This document shows, one piece after another, positions 8,776 to 17,846 of a DNA stretch of 42,744 bases. Each line of letters begins with the position of its first letter. The stretch's first letter is position 1. Under the pieces are notes generated by a model. It made no database searches, was not told the DNA's origin, and was given only the letters and a program-made list of their open reading frames with translations. The translations under genes and the position numbers were made by a program. This DNA comes from Cocleimonas sp. (GTDB taxonomy: Bacteria > Pseudomonadota > Gammaproteobacteria > Thiotrichales > Thiotrichaceae), in NCBI GenBank assembly GCA_023146675.1, contig JAGLBQ010000172.1:1-42744 (forward strand). Reading direction: 5' to 3'.

Positions 8776-9366
8776 ATGAAGCTGTTTTCTAATATATATA
8801 ATAAAGTAATTGACTATTCTCGACACAAACATGCAGAAAAGTATCTCGGGGTGCTTAGTTTTGCAGAGTCTTCTTTTTTTCCAATACCACCTGATGTAAT
8901 GCTAATACCCATGTCATTGGCTGAACCAAGCAAGTGGATTCGTTTGGCTATTTTGACGACCATTGCATCTGTCCTAGGGGGAATAGCAGGTTATTTTTTA
9001 GGTGTTTGGGCGATTGATTGGCTACAACCTCTCATTGTAGATTGGGGTTATTCTGAAAAATTTGACCAAGTGAAAGACGTCTTTAGTCGTTGGGGAATAT
9101 GGGCAATATTAGCCGCTGGCTTTTCTCCTATTCCTTATAAGCTGTTTACCATTACAGCAGGTTTATTGTCAATGGCATTTGTGCCATTTGTTATCGCTTC
9201 CATTATAGGTCGGGGACTACGATTTTTTCTAGTGGCGGGTTTAGTAGCAAAAGTTGGCTCAAAAATGGAACCATTGATTATAAAATACATCGAATGGTTG
9301 GGGTGGCTGGTTGTTCTTATACTGGTCATAATTATATTTTATTACACAGGTTTGAATCATGGATAG
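8776..9366 (+). CDS. YqaA/DedA-family membrane protein
   Basis: 'AESSFFPIPPDVMLIPM' and 'FSPIPYKLFTITAG' motifs in a 4-TM protein. Confidence 0.7.
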   Translation: MKLFSNIYNKVIDYSRHKHAEKYLGVLSFAESSFFPIPPDVMLIPMSLAEPSKWIRLAILTTIASVLGGIAGYFLGVWAIDWLQPLIVDWGYSEKFDQVKDVFSRWGIWAILAAGFSPIPYKLFTITAGLLSMAFVPFVIASIIGRGLRFFLVAGLVAKVGSKMEPLIIKYIEWLGWLVVLILVIIIFYYTGLNHG

Positions 9367-10435
9367 AAAAATTAAATTACTAGCAGCCTCCTCTTTGGTC
9401 GTCGCTATGGCGTCAGCATGTACTCCTTATAACGCTAGAACGGGCACTTATGATAATAATGGTTATGGCGCAGGGGCATCGCAAAACTCACAAGGCACAT
9501 CGCAGAATTCACAAGGGGCATCGCAGAATGCACAGGTAAATAATAATACTAAACAGACAAATAATACACCAGCAAAGACTTGTGCGCCTTGTCGTTCTAA
9601 TACCACCTATTCTACCAATACAGCAAATGGTAAATATAATCAACAATGGTATATAGACCGTTGGAACAAAGGGCAAAATAAACAAAGCTATACGCCGCCA
9701 CCTGTAAAAAGATATACACCAGCACCTAGACAAACAACCGACCAAGCTGGCGGACATAATCAACAATGGTATATAGATCGTTGGAATCGACAGCAGCAAA
9801 CGCAGCACAGCAAGCCTAGATATACACCACCTAAAAAGACATATACGGGTTATGGTGGTGCTAAGCCTACGCCACCCAAGCAGACCTATACGCCAAAGCC
9901 GTATACTCCACCACCAGCAAAGCCATATACTCCACCAGCAAAGCCTTACACTCCACCTAAAAAGCCTGCTGCAAACTATTATGACTACAGTAAAGCAGGT
10001 GGTTATTCAACATCAAATAAGAAAGTCTACTCAGGGGCAAGTAATTCAGCATCGAATAAAAGTCTTTATACAGGTGCTAGTCGTAGCGCCAATAATACGG
10101 CATCTAATAAAAGTATTTATACAGGAAGTTATAGTAATAACACCTACAAGCCCTATGCGCCAAAAACCTATACCGGTGGTGCAAATAGCAATGTTTATTC
10201 TAGCTCGTCATCGTCCTCTTCATCCAGCAATAATTCATACAGCGATTCACATGGTGGTGGCGAGATAGCATCGGGCGCTTATAAAGCAGGTGATAGTAAT
10301 TACAGTGTAAAAAAGGGTGATACCGTATTCTCTGTTATGCGTTTAACAGGTGTTTATTGGAAAGATATTATCAAGAAAAATAGCCTTACTGCACCTTACA
10401 CCATTTCTCCAGGGCAGACATTACGCCTTAAATAA
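9359..10435 (+). CDS. Repeat-rich lipoprotein with a C-terminal LysM domain, in the nlpD position but without an M23/LytM domain
   Basis: The start overlaps the yqaA-like stop by 8 nt. Signal plus lipobox is 'LVVAMASAC'. A long Q/N/S/T/P/Y/K low-complexity region carries several repeat families. The last about 45 aa, 'YSVKKGDTVFSVMRLTGVYWKDIIKKNSLTAPYTISPGQTLRLK', form a LysM fold signature. The ORF ends right after LysM. Confidence 0.8.
   Translation: MDRKIKLLAASSLVVAMASACTPYNARTGTYDNNGYGAGASQNSQGTSQNSQGASQNAQVNNNTKQTNNTPAKTCAPCRSNTTYSTNTANGKYNQQWYIDRWNKGQNKQSYTPPPVKRYTPAPRQTTDQAGGHNQQWYIDRWNRQQQTQHSKPRYTPPKKTYTGYGGAKPTPPKQTYTPKPYTPPPAKPYTPPAKPYTPPKKPAANYYDYSKAGGYSTSNKKVYSGASNSASNKSLYTGASRSANNTASNKSIYTGSYSNNTYKPYAPKTYTGGANSNVYSSSSSSSSSSNNSYSDSHGGGEIASGAYKAGDSNYSVKKGDTVFSVMRLTGVYWKDIIKKNSLTAPYTISPGQTLRLK
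9476..9538 (+). repeat. 3 x 21-bp in-frame tandem repeat (ASQNSQG / TSQNSQG / ASQNAQV)
   Basis: Read directly from the sequence: gcatcgcaaaactcacaaggc / acatcgcagaattcacaaggg / gcatcgcagaatgcacaggta. Confidence 0.9.
9636..9786 (+). repeat. Two copies of a 31-bp direct repeat, 120 bp apart, each encoding NQQWYIDRWN
   Basis: ataatcaacaatggtatatagaCcgttggaa (9636-9666) versus ataatcaacaatggtatatagaTcgttggaa (9756-9786), with one mismatch. Confidence 0.9.
9902..9967 (+). repeat. Three in-frame tandem units (24/21/21 bp) encoding YTPPPAKP / YTPPAKP / YTPPKKP
   Basis: Read directly. Further degenerate xYTPx units occur upstream (SYTPP, RYTPA, RYTPP, TYTPK). Confidence 0.9.
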
Positions 10436-10463
10436 AGAGTATAGATTGTAGTCATAATGTAAA

Positions 10464-10496
10464 AGCCTCTGAGAGTCGTTTTCAGGGGCTTTTTTT
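10464..10496 (+). terminator. Rho-independent terminator after the surE-pcm-yqaA-lysM operon
   Basis: Stem agcctctga (10464-10472) / tcaggggct (10482-10490) with one G-U/mismatch position, followed by a T7 run. Confidence 0.7.
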
Positions 10497-10677
10497 GTGG
10501 GACTAAGACAAACAGGCTCAAGGAAATAACCCACAAATCCTCTTTCTACGTTATCATCTTGAATTATCTAAATTACTGCTTAGTTTTTACTATAAATATC
10601 TGAGATAATTCAATTAAAAGTAAAATTTCTGCACAACAAGGTGGATTTCTTACGTTAAACCTCCTGAGGGATTTTCA

Positions 10678-11340
10678 TTGAGTAAGTCTAAAACAGAGCA
10701 AGTAAAACCTAACCAATCAAATTTAGTTACTTTTTTGCTGATCATTATCGTGGTCGGACTTTTTTTTCTTTTAATGGATGAATACGAAAAAAAACCATTA
10801 CAAGCAGATGTTTATATTCAAGCAGGACATGAGGGACGTCTTGTTGGTAATACAGGCTCTGTTTCCGCCTATGGGCGTGAAATAGATTGGACAAAAATAG
10901 TCGCGGATGAAGCAACGCGCATTTTACGCAATGCAGGTGTTCGTGTTATTCGTGCACCTGCTGATCAGAAGCGGGAAAGTGTGGTGCTATTAGCATTATC
11001 CATCCATTTTGATGGCGCTAAAAAGGCCTGTTCTACAGGCGCTTCAATTGGCTTAAATAATGCTTCTGATAGAAATGCCGCACGTGCATGGAAGCGAATT
11101 TATCGAACGGTATTTCCCTTTAAATGGATGCCTGATAATTTTTCAAAAAATCTAAAATATTATTATAACTATCGTTATACCTTAGCAAGTGACGCTGAGT
11201 TAGTACTAGAGCTTGGGGAAATGAGCTGCCCAGAACAAGCACGCTGGATGAAGCCACGTTTAAAGAAGTTAGGTGCGTTAGTTGCTTATTTTGCAGCGCA
11301 ACGAGTAGGGGCTTCTGGAGTAGAAAAACCTGTATTTTAA
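10678..11340 (+). CDS. Compact membrane-anchored N-acetylmuramoyl-L-alanine amidase-like protein (Amidase_3 fold)
   Basis: TTG start 6 nt after GAGGGA, then an N-terminal TM 'LVTFLLIIIVVGLFFLL'. Amidase_3-like Zn-ligand pattern: 'IQAGHEG', 'GREIDW', 'LSIHFDG' and 'LVLELGEMS'. The start codon is uncertain. Confidence 0.55.
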   Translation: MSKSKTEQVKPNQSNLVTFLLIIIVVGLFFLLMDEYEKKPLQADVYIQAGHEGRLVGNTGSVSAYGREIDWTKIVADEATRILRNAGVRVIRAPADQKRESVVLLALSIHFDGAKKACSTGASIGLNNASDRNAARAWKRIYRTVFPFKWMPDNFSKNLKYYYNYRYTLASDAELVLELGEMSCPEQARWMKPRLKKLGALVAYFAAQRVGASGVEKPVF

Positions 11341-11444
11341 CAGGGTTAGGATTAATAAATTAAGCGCATTCAATCTGAAGTGAAATTTCTATGTTAGAAC
11401 TTCGGGACGTAATAAAGAAAAGCTGTATACTAAAACTAAAGCAT

Positions 11445-11476
11445 AAAAAAACCCCAGATTTATAATAAATTTGAGG
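11445..11476 (-). terminator. Rho-independent terminator downstream of tusE
   Basis: On the minus strand: CCTCAAATTTAT-TATAAATCTGGGG hairpin (one mismatch, one G-U) followed by T7 (plus-strand A run 11445-11451). Confidence 0.55.
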
Positions 11477-11507
11477 CTTTATTCATATATCTAAACGCTT
11501 AATGTAT

Positions 11508-11846
11508 TTAGCTACAACCCTTTGGACGGGGCAAACCAGCAATTTTATTAGCCGATTTAATCAAGCCACCTTTAGGAAAAAGTGAGAATATATATTTATT
11601 ACTTGAACGATCTTTGCCAAATTTTGTCTTCATTGCCTTCATAAATTTACGAGGCTCGGCTACTTGATTATTCTCATAGAACATTTCACGTGTTAGGTTG
11701 ATAATATCCCAACTTTCTTCCGTTAAATCACACTGCTCAACATCTGCTGCAATTTTCTTTGCAATATCTTCTGTCCACTCAGAAAGATCTTCCATCCAGC
11801 CCGCTTCACTTAATTGAATCGTTTTGCCATCTACTTCAATTTCCAT
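11508..11846 (-). CDS. tusE: TusE/DsrC-family sulfur-relay protein (single-Cys, TusE type)
   Basis: The C-terminus 'LFPKGGLIKSANKIAGLPRPKGCS' closely parallels the E. coli TusE tail as I recall it ([23 protein letters not shown]). It has only the penultimate Cys and lacks the second DsrC Cys. Confidence 0.85.
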   Translation of the reverse strand: MEIEVDGKTIQLSEAGWMEDLSEWTEDIAKKIAADVEQCDLTEESWDIINLTREMFYENNQVAEPRKFMKAMKTKFGKDRSSNKYIFSLFPKGGLIKSANKIAGLPRPKGCS

Positions 11847-11959
11847 TTTTATTTACCTTTAATTTATACTGTTGAATGCATTCCAGAATAGCATCTCATT
11901 ATAAGTAAAAATAGAACCCTCGCTGTTAATGTGGGGACTATTCAGAGGTATAATACACG

Positions 11960-13186
11960 CTATCTCTGATAGTGCCGTATCAATCCATCCCCAATCCACT
12001 TAGCTAGTAACTCTCTATTTTGTGGCAATATAATTCTTTTTTGATCACTGCTATTACGAATATTGGCTAATTCAAAATAAACCGCAAGTGGTTTTAAATT
12101 CATCAACATATAGAGCTTTCTTGGGATCACTCGCCCTGTATACGATTTTGCTGCCTGAAAATAATTATATTTAGATTTAAAGGTACGATACAAACGCTTA
12201 GCAACTTTACGACTGCGTCTAGATTTTGGGGCATGGTAGAAAAACACATCAATACGTTTTTTACTATTGCGAGAGTCGATATGCACCATTAGCGTTATTT
12301 GATCTTTGCTTTTATAGCCCTTTTTTCGATAAGAATAAAATAATTTATTAATAATAAAAGCACGATCCCTAAGGCGGGGTCGCTGTGAGCGTGAGATTCT
12401 TTTATTGCCTAAATACACTTCATCGGTATCGCATTTCAAATACATATTATCACGAATACCATCATTTAGATCACGCGTAATAATATGCACAATAGCACCA
12501 CTAGCAATTAGTCTGCGTGCCAATCTCAGCGTGACATCGTATCCATATTCATCTTCACATAGCATATGTCCTTCACGTGTAGCTACTGCCCCTGGATCAG
12601 GTCCGCCATGCCCACCAACTAAATAAAATACTTTGCCGCGTAATTTTTTTGAGATAGGTGCTACATAGGCATGTTTTTTACCAAAAAGCGGAAAGTAATT
12701 CTTTCTCTTTCCTTTTGTTATTTGTTTTTTTCTTGGAGCGGCTTGTCTTTGTTTGTGATTGTAATTCTTGCTTGTGCAGCCAATATCTTGATAAGAAACC
12801 CATAGATCCCGATTATTAATAAAAGAAGCATGACGCAAACCTTTTTGATGTAATCTTTTATTAAAATTCTTAATCTGAAGTGCTTTCTTCCAATCGATAC
12901 GATGCCCACTATTCAAGGTTGAGCGAATGCTACGACCATTATACCGATAGCGCAAGATGGGTAATTTATAGGTTCTACCCACCTGCAAACGCGAAGATGC
13001 GCTGAGACGATTAAGCTGATAAAACTGGTTTTTGTTACATATGGAACCTTGTAAATGATAGCGTGATAGCAGTGAGGCAATCTGATCCCCTTGTTTTGCT
13101 TTAATGCTAAGCCAACTGGATGTTACTGCAAAACCTGTTTTTATCGTGATGATAAATAGAATAAGTGCTAAAAAAAACCTTCTCAT
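11960..13186 (-). CDS. N-acetylmuramoyl-L-alanine amidase (Amidase_3) with an N-terminal LysM-like module; very basic
   Basis: Signal peptide 'MRRFFLALILFIITIKTGFA'. LysM-like 'IKAKQGDQIASLLSRYHL...LQVGRTYKLPI'. Amidase_3 motifs 'LVGGHGGPDPGAV', 'EDEYGYDVTLRLARRL', 'MVHIDS' and 'AVYFELANIRNSSDQ'. Confidence 0.8.
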   Translation of the reverse strand: MRRFFLALILFIITIKTGFAVTSSWLSIKAKQGDQIASLLSRYHLQGSICNKNQFYQLNRLSASSRLQVGRTYKLPILRYRYNGRSIRSTLNSGHRIDWKKALQIKNFNKRLHQKGLRHASFINNRDLWVSYQDIGCTSKNYNHKQRQAAPRKKQITKGKRKNYFPLFGKKHAYVAPISKKLRGKVFYLVGGHGGPDPGAVATREGHMLCEDEYGYDVTLRLARRLIASGAIVHIITRDLNDGIRDNMYLKCDTDEVYLGNKRISRSQRPRLRDRAFIINKLFYSYRKKGYKSKDQITLMVHIDSRNSKKRIDVFFYHAPKSRRSRKVAKRLYRTFKSKYNYFQAAKSYTGRVIPRKLYMLMNLKPLAVYFELANIRNSSDQKRIILPQNRELLAKWIGDGLIRHYQR

Positions 13187-13301
13187 AAAACTTCCCCCGT
13201 ACTGTTGTTTAATTTTTATATTTGATTTGGATTTTAGTGACTCTGAATTCTAACATTAGTTCCTATAAATGATAATATATCTATCTTAAATAGTTGAAAA
13301 A

Positions 13302-14765
13302 CTAAGAATAGTCTATCGAGTCAAATAGACAATCCAAGTTTAAATAGTGTTCCAATGTATCCGCCAACAAGTCTATCCCTTGTTCACGGAGCGCAAAATA
13401 ATCTGGGGTTTCCGCCTGATCCAGTCCCGCCCATGTAAGCAATGCATTACATGCTGATGCCTGATCAAACAAACCATGCAGGTAGCTTCCTAATATTTGG
13501 TTATCTTTAGACAGTGCACCATCACCATATTGATCAAATATAATTGCAGAATGATCTAATGCTTTGCCTGTACTAATCCCTGTATGAATTTCATAACCAG
13601 AAACTAGCGCACTCTCCTTCAAGTTTAATTTTCCACTACATCGCTTTAATTGCTTTTGTTGATGTAGAGTCGTTGTAAAATCCATGAGTGAAAATGCATC
13701 ACTACTTCCTGCCACGCTTTCTGTGCCATCAGGGTCATGAATTTGTTTTCCCAGCATTTGAAAGCCACCACAAATGCCTATAACTTTACCGCCATAGCGC
13801 AGATGTTTTTGCAATTTTTTATGCCAATTATATTGCTGTAGTGTCTGTAAATCATCACGTGTATTTTTACTGCCTGGCAGAATAATCAAATCACTGGGGG
13901 GCAATGGCTGTGTAATATCAACAAACTGTAAATTTACCTGTGGATGCAAACGCAAAGGATCAAAGTCCGTATGATTACTGAGATGAGGAAGTCGTGGGAC
14001 ACTGATATTAAACAGTGCATTATCTGGCACATTGCTTTGCAGATTTAAACTATCCTCTGCTTCAAGATAAAGCGTTTTAAGATAGGGTAATACCCCCAGC
14101 ACAGGCTTTCCTGTCTTTGCTTCAAGCCATTCAATACCTGATGTTAGTAAGCTAGGATCACCCCTAAAACGATTGATAATCAATCCCTTAATACGTGCCT
14201 GTTCAGATTCTGATAATAAAGCCAATGTCCCTACTAATTGCGCAAACACACCGCCACGTTCAATATCTGCCACCAATATTACAGGGCAATCAACCGCTTC
14301 AGCAAAGCCCATATTGGCAATATCATGCTCCCGCAAATTAATTTCCGCAGGGCTTCCTGCCCCCTCGACAATCAGATAATCATACTGCTGTTGTAAGTGT
14401 TGCCATGATGCTAAAACATAAGGCATCACCATCGGCTTGTAAGCATGGTAATCACGCGCACCCATTTGCCCACTGACTTTGCCATGAATAATAATTTGCG
14501 AACCCGTTTCTGAATTAGGCTTTAGCAACACAGGGTTCATATTCGTATGCGCTTCAAGCCCACAAGCTTGTGCTTGTACCGCTTGTGCGCGTCCAATTTC
14601 CCCACCATCAATGGTCACGGCACTATTCAATGCCATATTTTGCGGCTTAAAGGGAGCAACGTTTATGCCACGACGTTGCAATAGACGACATAAACCTGTG
14701 GCAATGGCTGTTTTGCCCGCATCGGATGTTGTGCCTTGAACCATTAGAGAGGGTATTTTCCTCAC
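13302..14765 (-). CDS. cobQ: Cobyric acid synthase CobQ/CbiP
   Basis: '[12 protein letters not shown]' P-loop, '[11 protein letters not shown]', and a C-terminal GATase with '[10 protein letters not shown]' and 'GYEIH.G'. The GTG start overlaps the dacB stop (GTGA). The Met at 'MVQGT' is an alternative start. Confidence 0.9.
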   Translation of the reverse strand: MRKIPSLMVQGTTSDAGKTAIATGLCRLLQRRGINVAPFKPQNMALNSAVTIDGGEIGRAQAVQAQACGLEAHTNMNPVLLKPNSETGSQIIIHGKVSGQMGARDYHAYKPMVMPYVLASWQHLQQQYDYLIVEGAGSPAEINLREHDIANMGFAEAVDCPVILVADIERGGVFAQLVGTLALLSESEQARIKGLIINRFRGDPSLLTSGIEWLEAKTGKPVLGVLPYLKTLYLEAEDSLNLQSNVPDNALFNISVPRLPHLSNHTDFDPLRLHPQVNLQFVDITQPLPPSDLIILPGSKNTRDDLQTLQQYNWHKKLQKHLRYGGKVIGICGGFQMLGKQIHDPDGTESVAGSSDAFSLMDFTTTLHQQKQLKRCSGKLNLKESALVSGYEIHTGISTGKALDHSAIIFDQYGDGALSKDNQILGSYLHGLFDQASACNALLTWAGLDQAETPDYFALREQGIDLLADTLEHYLNLDCLFDSIDYS

Positions 14766-16303
14766 TGCTCAAAACTCCAGCGTAAAAGTGCATTTTGGAT
14801 TTTTTTTCCACGTCCTTTATTCGTTTTTTTACCATTATGCAGAATAACAATTACTAACCGTTTACCGTGTCGATTGAGCATATAGCCTGCAATAGCGGTG
14901 ACATTATTCAATGTACCCGTTTTCATATGGGTGCGTCCAGCTAAGTCACCTTTACGGAAGCGACTTATCATCGTTCCATCCCGACCTGATATTGCTAGCG
15001 ATGCCATAAACTCTGGCATATAAGGCTCACGATAAGCCGTTTCTAGTAACTGCGCCATCTGTCGTGCGCTAATTCGTGCGATGCGTGACAACCCTGAGCC
15101 ATTATCAATCACCATGCCATTAGTTTGAATATTGTTCTTTCTAAGCAGTTGAATAACTGCCTCTCGCCCTTTTTTCAAGGTCGCTGGAGAGCCATAGACT
15201 TTAGCACCTAGTGTCAATAAAACCTGACGCGTCATGACATTATTACTCCATTTATTAATCAGGCGGATTTGCTCTCCCAATGTTGCTGATGAATTACTAT
15301 GAAGACGTCTATCCCCTGACTGTTTTTTAGCAATTCGTAGCATGCCATCGATTGTGCCACCTTGCTCCCTCCAAAAATCACGGAAGCCATTAAAAGCATG
15401 TTCTTCTGCGCTTGATAGTGAGCGTAAAATAAATTTTTGCCCACATTTTTTGGAATACCATCCTTTAATAGTCAATGTTTGATCTTCTTCATAACTAAAT
15501 TTAGGGCGATAGTGTGAACGTCGGCAACGCTTATCCGTATATTTAATTTCGTTATTAAATTTAAAATAAGGAATAGCAGGATAAGGAGTGACCTCTATGG
15601 TTTTATTTTCCTCATCAGGTGTAAATAAAAAGCGCGTAGACTGAAAATTAAACATCAAAGCAGAGGGTGCTGCGTTATAAGTGCGGAAGGGTTGATTATC
15701 AAATGCCGCAGGGTTGAAATCACCAATATCAAAATAGCTATTATCAATAATGACATTGCCCTGAATATGTTTAAGCCCTTTTTCACGTAACCCTCGTACA
15801 AATTTACTATAATTTTCATACGATAAAAATGGATCACCATAACCTTTGATAATTAAATCCCCCACCAAAGTTTCATCCACAATTTCACCACGCACCCAAG
15901 CCTCCGTGCGCCATGAATAATGAGGTGATAATATTTTCAATGCGGCATAAGTTGTCAGCAACTTTATGGTAGAAGCAGGAGAACGAATCACATCAATATT
16001 ATGTGCTAATAACGGTTGTTTAGCATTTAAATCACGCACATACACACTGATATTTTCAGTAGGAATTTTATATTTTTTTAATAGTGTTAAGAGGCTGTCG
16101 GGGAGTATTTCAGGCGTTCCCACATTGGCAGTATCATCAATAAAATGCGTTTGCGCTAATTTTGGAGCGGGTAATGGCTCCTCTATATGTCTAGTAGTTG
16201 AAGTACTGGAAGATAAACTCTCTGCCCCTGCACGCGTGCCTACCAATGAGAGGCATATCAATAGAAGGAGTATGTATAAAGGTGTATTATTTTTATTATT
16301 CAT
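14762..16303 (-). CDS. dacB: D-alanyl-D-alanine carboxypeptidase/endopeptidase (PBP4, peptidase S13)
   Basis: Signal peptide, SxxK 'PASTIKLLT', 'DNGSGLSR' and KTG 'MKTGTLNNV'. The length of 513 aa fits the family. Confidence 0.88.
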   Translation of the reverse strand: MNNKNNTPLYILLLLICLSLVGTRAGAESLSSSTSTTRHIEEPLPAPKLAQTHFIDDTANVGTPEILPDSLLTLLKKYKIPTENISVYVRDLNAKQPLLAHNIDVIRSPASTIKLLTTYAALKILSPHYSWRTEAWVRGEIVDETLVGDLIIKGYGDPFLSYENYSKFVRGLREKGLKHIQGNVIIDNSYFDIGDFNPAAFDNQPFRTYNAAPSALMFNFQSTRFLFTPDEENKTIEVTPYPAIPYFKFNNEIKYTDKRCRRSHYRPKFSYEEDQTLTIKGWYSKKCGQKFILRSLSSAEEHAFNGFRDFWREQGGTIDGMLRIAKKQSGDRRLHSNSSATLGEQIRLINKWSNNVMTRQVLLTLGAKVYGSPATLKKGREAVIQLLRKNNIQTNGMVIDNGSGLSRIARISARQMAQLLETAYREPYMPEFMASLAISGRDGTMISRFRKGDLAGRTHMKTGTLNNVTAIAGYMLNRHGKRLVIVILHNGKKTNKGRGKKIQNALLRWSFEQ

Positions 16304-16429
16304 ATTATCAGCAAGATAAAAAAATTTAGAGTATATCTATCTTGGCTGGGATATTAAAGTAAACATCCAGACAATTAATGGTTACCGTTCTGGATTGAAA
16401 GATCAATTGCAATGCTGTTATTTTAGTCT

Positions 16430-17770
16430 TTATTTTCCAATACAAAAATTACTAAATATCTCACCTAATAAATCATCTGGTGTATAGCGCCCTGTAATCT
16501 GCCCAAGTGTGTCTTGTGCTAAACGTAGTTCTTCTGCCATTAGCTCGCCTGCATTGTATTCTTTTAGCTGAATTTCGGCATTGTCTACCGCTTGCTGGGT
16601 TTCTTCTAATGCTTGCAAGTGACGACGGCGGGCAATAAAGCTATCTTCAACTTCACTTTGATAGCCCATTCGTTGCTTTAATTCTTGTTTTAACTCTGTT
16701 ATGCCTAGTTGTTGTTTGGCGGATATATAGAGTTTATTATCACGTTGTCCTGCGCTGGTATTATTTAAGTCTATTTTATTATGGACTTGAAGAATGGGGA
16801 GATTTTTAGGTAGGCGCTCTAGAATATTTTGATTGTCTTTACTATCACGCTCCGTTTCATCATGCAGTAGTAAAATCAGATCTGCTTTTTTAATTTCTTG
16901 CCATGCACGCTCTATACCAATTTTTTCTACAGGATCATCACTATCACGCAGTCCTGCGGTGTCGATAATATGAAGTGGCATTCCATCTAAACTGATAGTT
17001 TCGCGTAGTACATCGCGTGTGGTTCCTGCTATTTCAGTGACGATGGCGGTGTCACTGCCTGATAGGGCATTCAATAGGCTAGATTTTCCTGCATTAGGTT
17101 TGCCTACGATGACTAATTGCATTCCTTCACGCAATAGGCTGCCTTGCTTGGCTTTATTAAAGATGACTTGTAGTTGCTGTTTAATCTTTTCAAGATGGTT
17201 GGTAACGGCTTTATCTGCAAGAAAGTCTATTTCTTCTTCAGGGAAGTCCAAGGCGGCTTCTACATAGACACGTAGTTCGATCAATCCTTGTAATAATTCA
17301 TCAATAGCAGCTGAAAAATGCCCTTGTAGTGAGCGCAAAGCTGAGCGTGCTGCTTGTTCTGAGCTGCTGTCGATTAAATCTGAAATGGCTTCTGCTTGCG
17401 CTAGATCCATCTTGTCATTTAGAAAGGCACGTTCTGAGAACTCTCCTGGTCTTGCTAACCGTGCGCCTAATGCTAAACAGCGCTTAAGTACCATATCTAA
17501 GACAATGGGACCACCATGTCCTTGAAACTCTAGAACATGTTCGCCTGTGAAAGAATGGGGCGAGGGGAAGTAAATGGCAATACCACTGTCTATTATTTCT
17601 TGCTGATCAGATTTGAATTCACTGTAAACTGCTTTGCGTGGGGGAGGGGTTAAGCCAAGTATTTGATTGGCTATTTTGCAACAGAGACTCCCTGATACGC
17701 GAATGATGCCGACGCCACCACGTCCTGGTGGCGTGGCTACTGCGACGATGGTGTCTTGGGGTGCTATCAT
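16430..17770 (-). CDS. mnmE: tRNA uridine-5-carboxymethylaminomethyl modification GTPase MnmE (TrmE)
   Basis: '[22 protein letters not shown]', G-domain '[14 protein letters not shown]' and 'DTAGLR', and the C-terminal 'CIGK' tetrapeptide. Confidence 0.96.
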   Translation of the reverse strand: MIAPQDTIVAVATPPGRGGVGIIRVSGSLCCKIANQILGLTPPPRKAVYSEFKSDQQEIIDSGIAIYFPSPHSFTGEHVLEFQGHGGPIVLDMVLKRCLALGARLARPGEFSERAFLNDKMDLAQAEAISDLIDSSSEQAARSALRSLQGHFSAAIDELLQGLIELRVYVEAALDFPEEEIDFLADKAVTNHLEKIKQQLQVIFNKAKQGSLLREGMQLVIVGKPNAGKSSLLNALSGSDTAIVTEIAGTTRDVLRETISLDGMPLHIIDTAGLRDSDDPVEKIGIERAWQEIKKADLILLLHDETERDSKDNQNILERLPKNLPILQVHNKIDLNNTSAGQRDNKLYISAKQQLGITELKQELKQRMGYQSEVEDSFIARRRHLQALEETQQAVDNAEIQLKEYNAGELMAEELRLAQDTLGQITGRYTPDDLLGEIFSNFCIGK

Positions 17771-17846
17771 TTTATTGAACCACGGAACAGGCAGGATAAA
17801 ATAAATAATGTTACAAAGGCGTTCTTTATGCCTTTGTAAATGTTAT

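Noticed and set aside
9509-10268. ORFs 9509-9808 (-) and 9852-10268 (+) inside the LysM lipoprotein gene
   Set aside because: They arise from low-complexity, repeat-rich DNA that stays open in several frames. The frame with a lipobox and a LysM domain is clearly the real one.
17812-17838. Hairpin tacaaaggc/gcctttgta between yidC and mnmE as a terminator
   Set aside because: It is a perfect 9-bp stem, but no U-run follows it on the minus strand. yidC-mnmE are usually co-transcribed, so at most it is a processing or attenuation element. The evidence is too weak to annotate.
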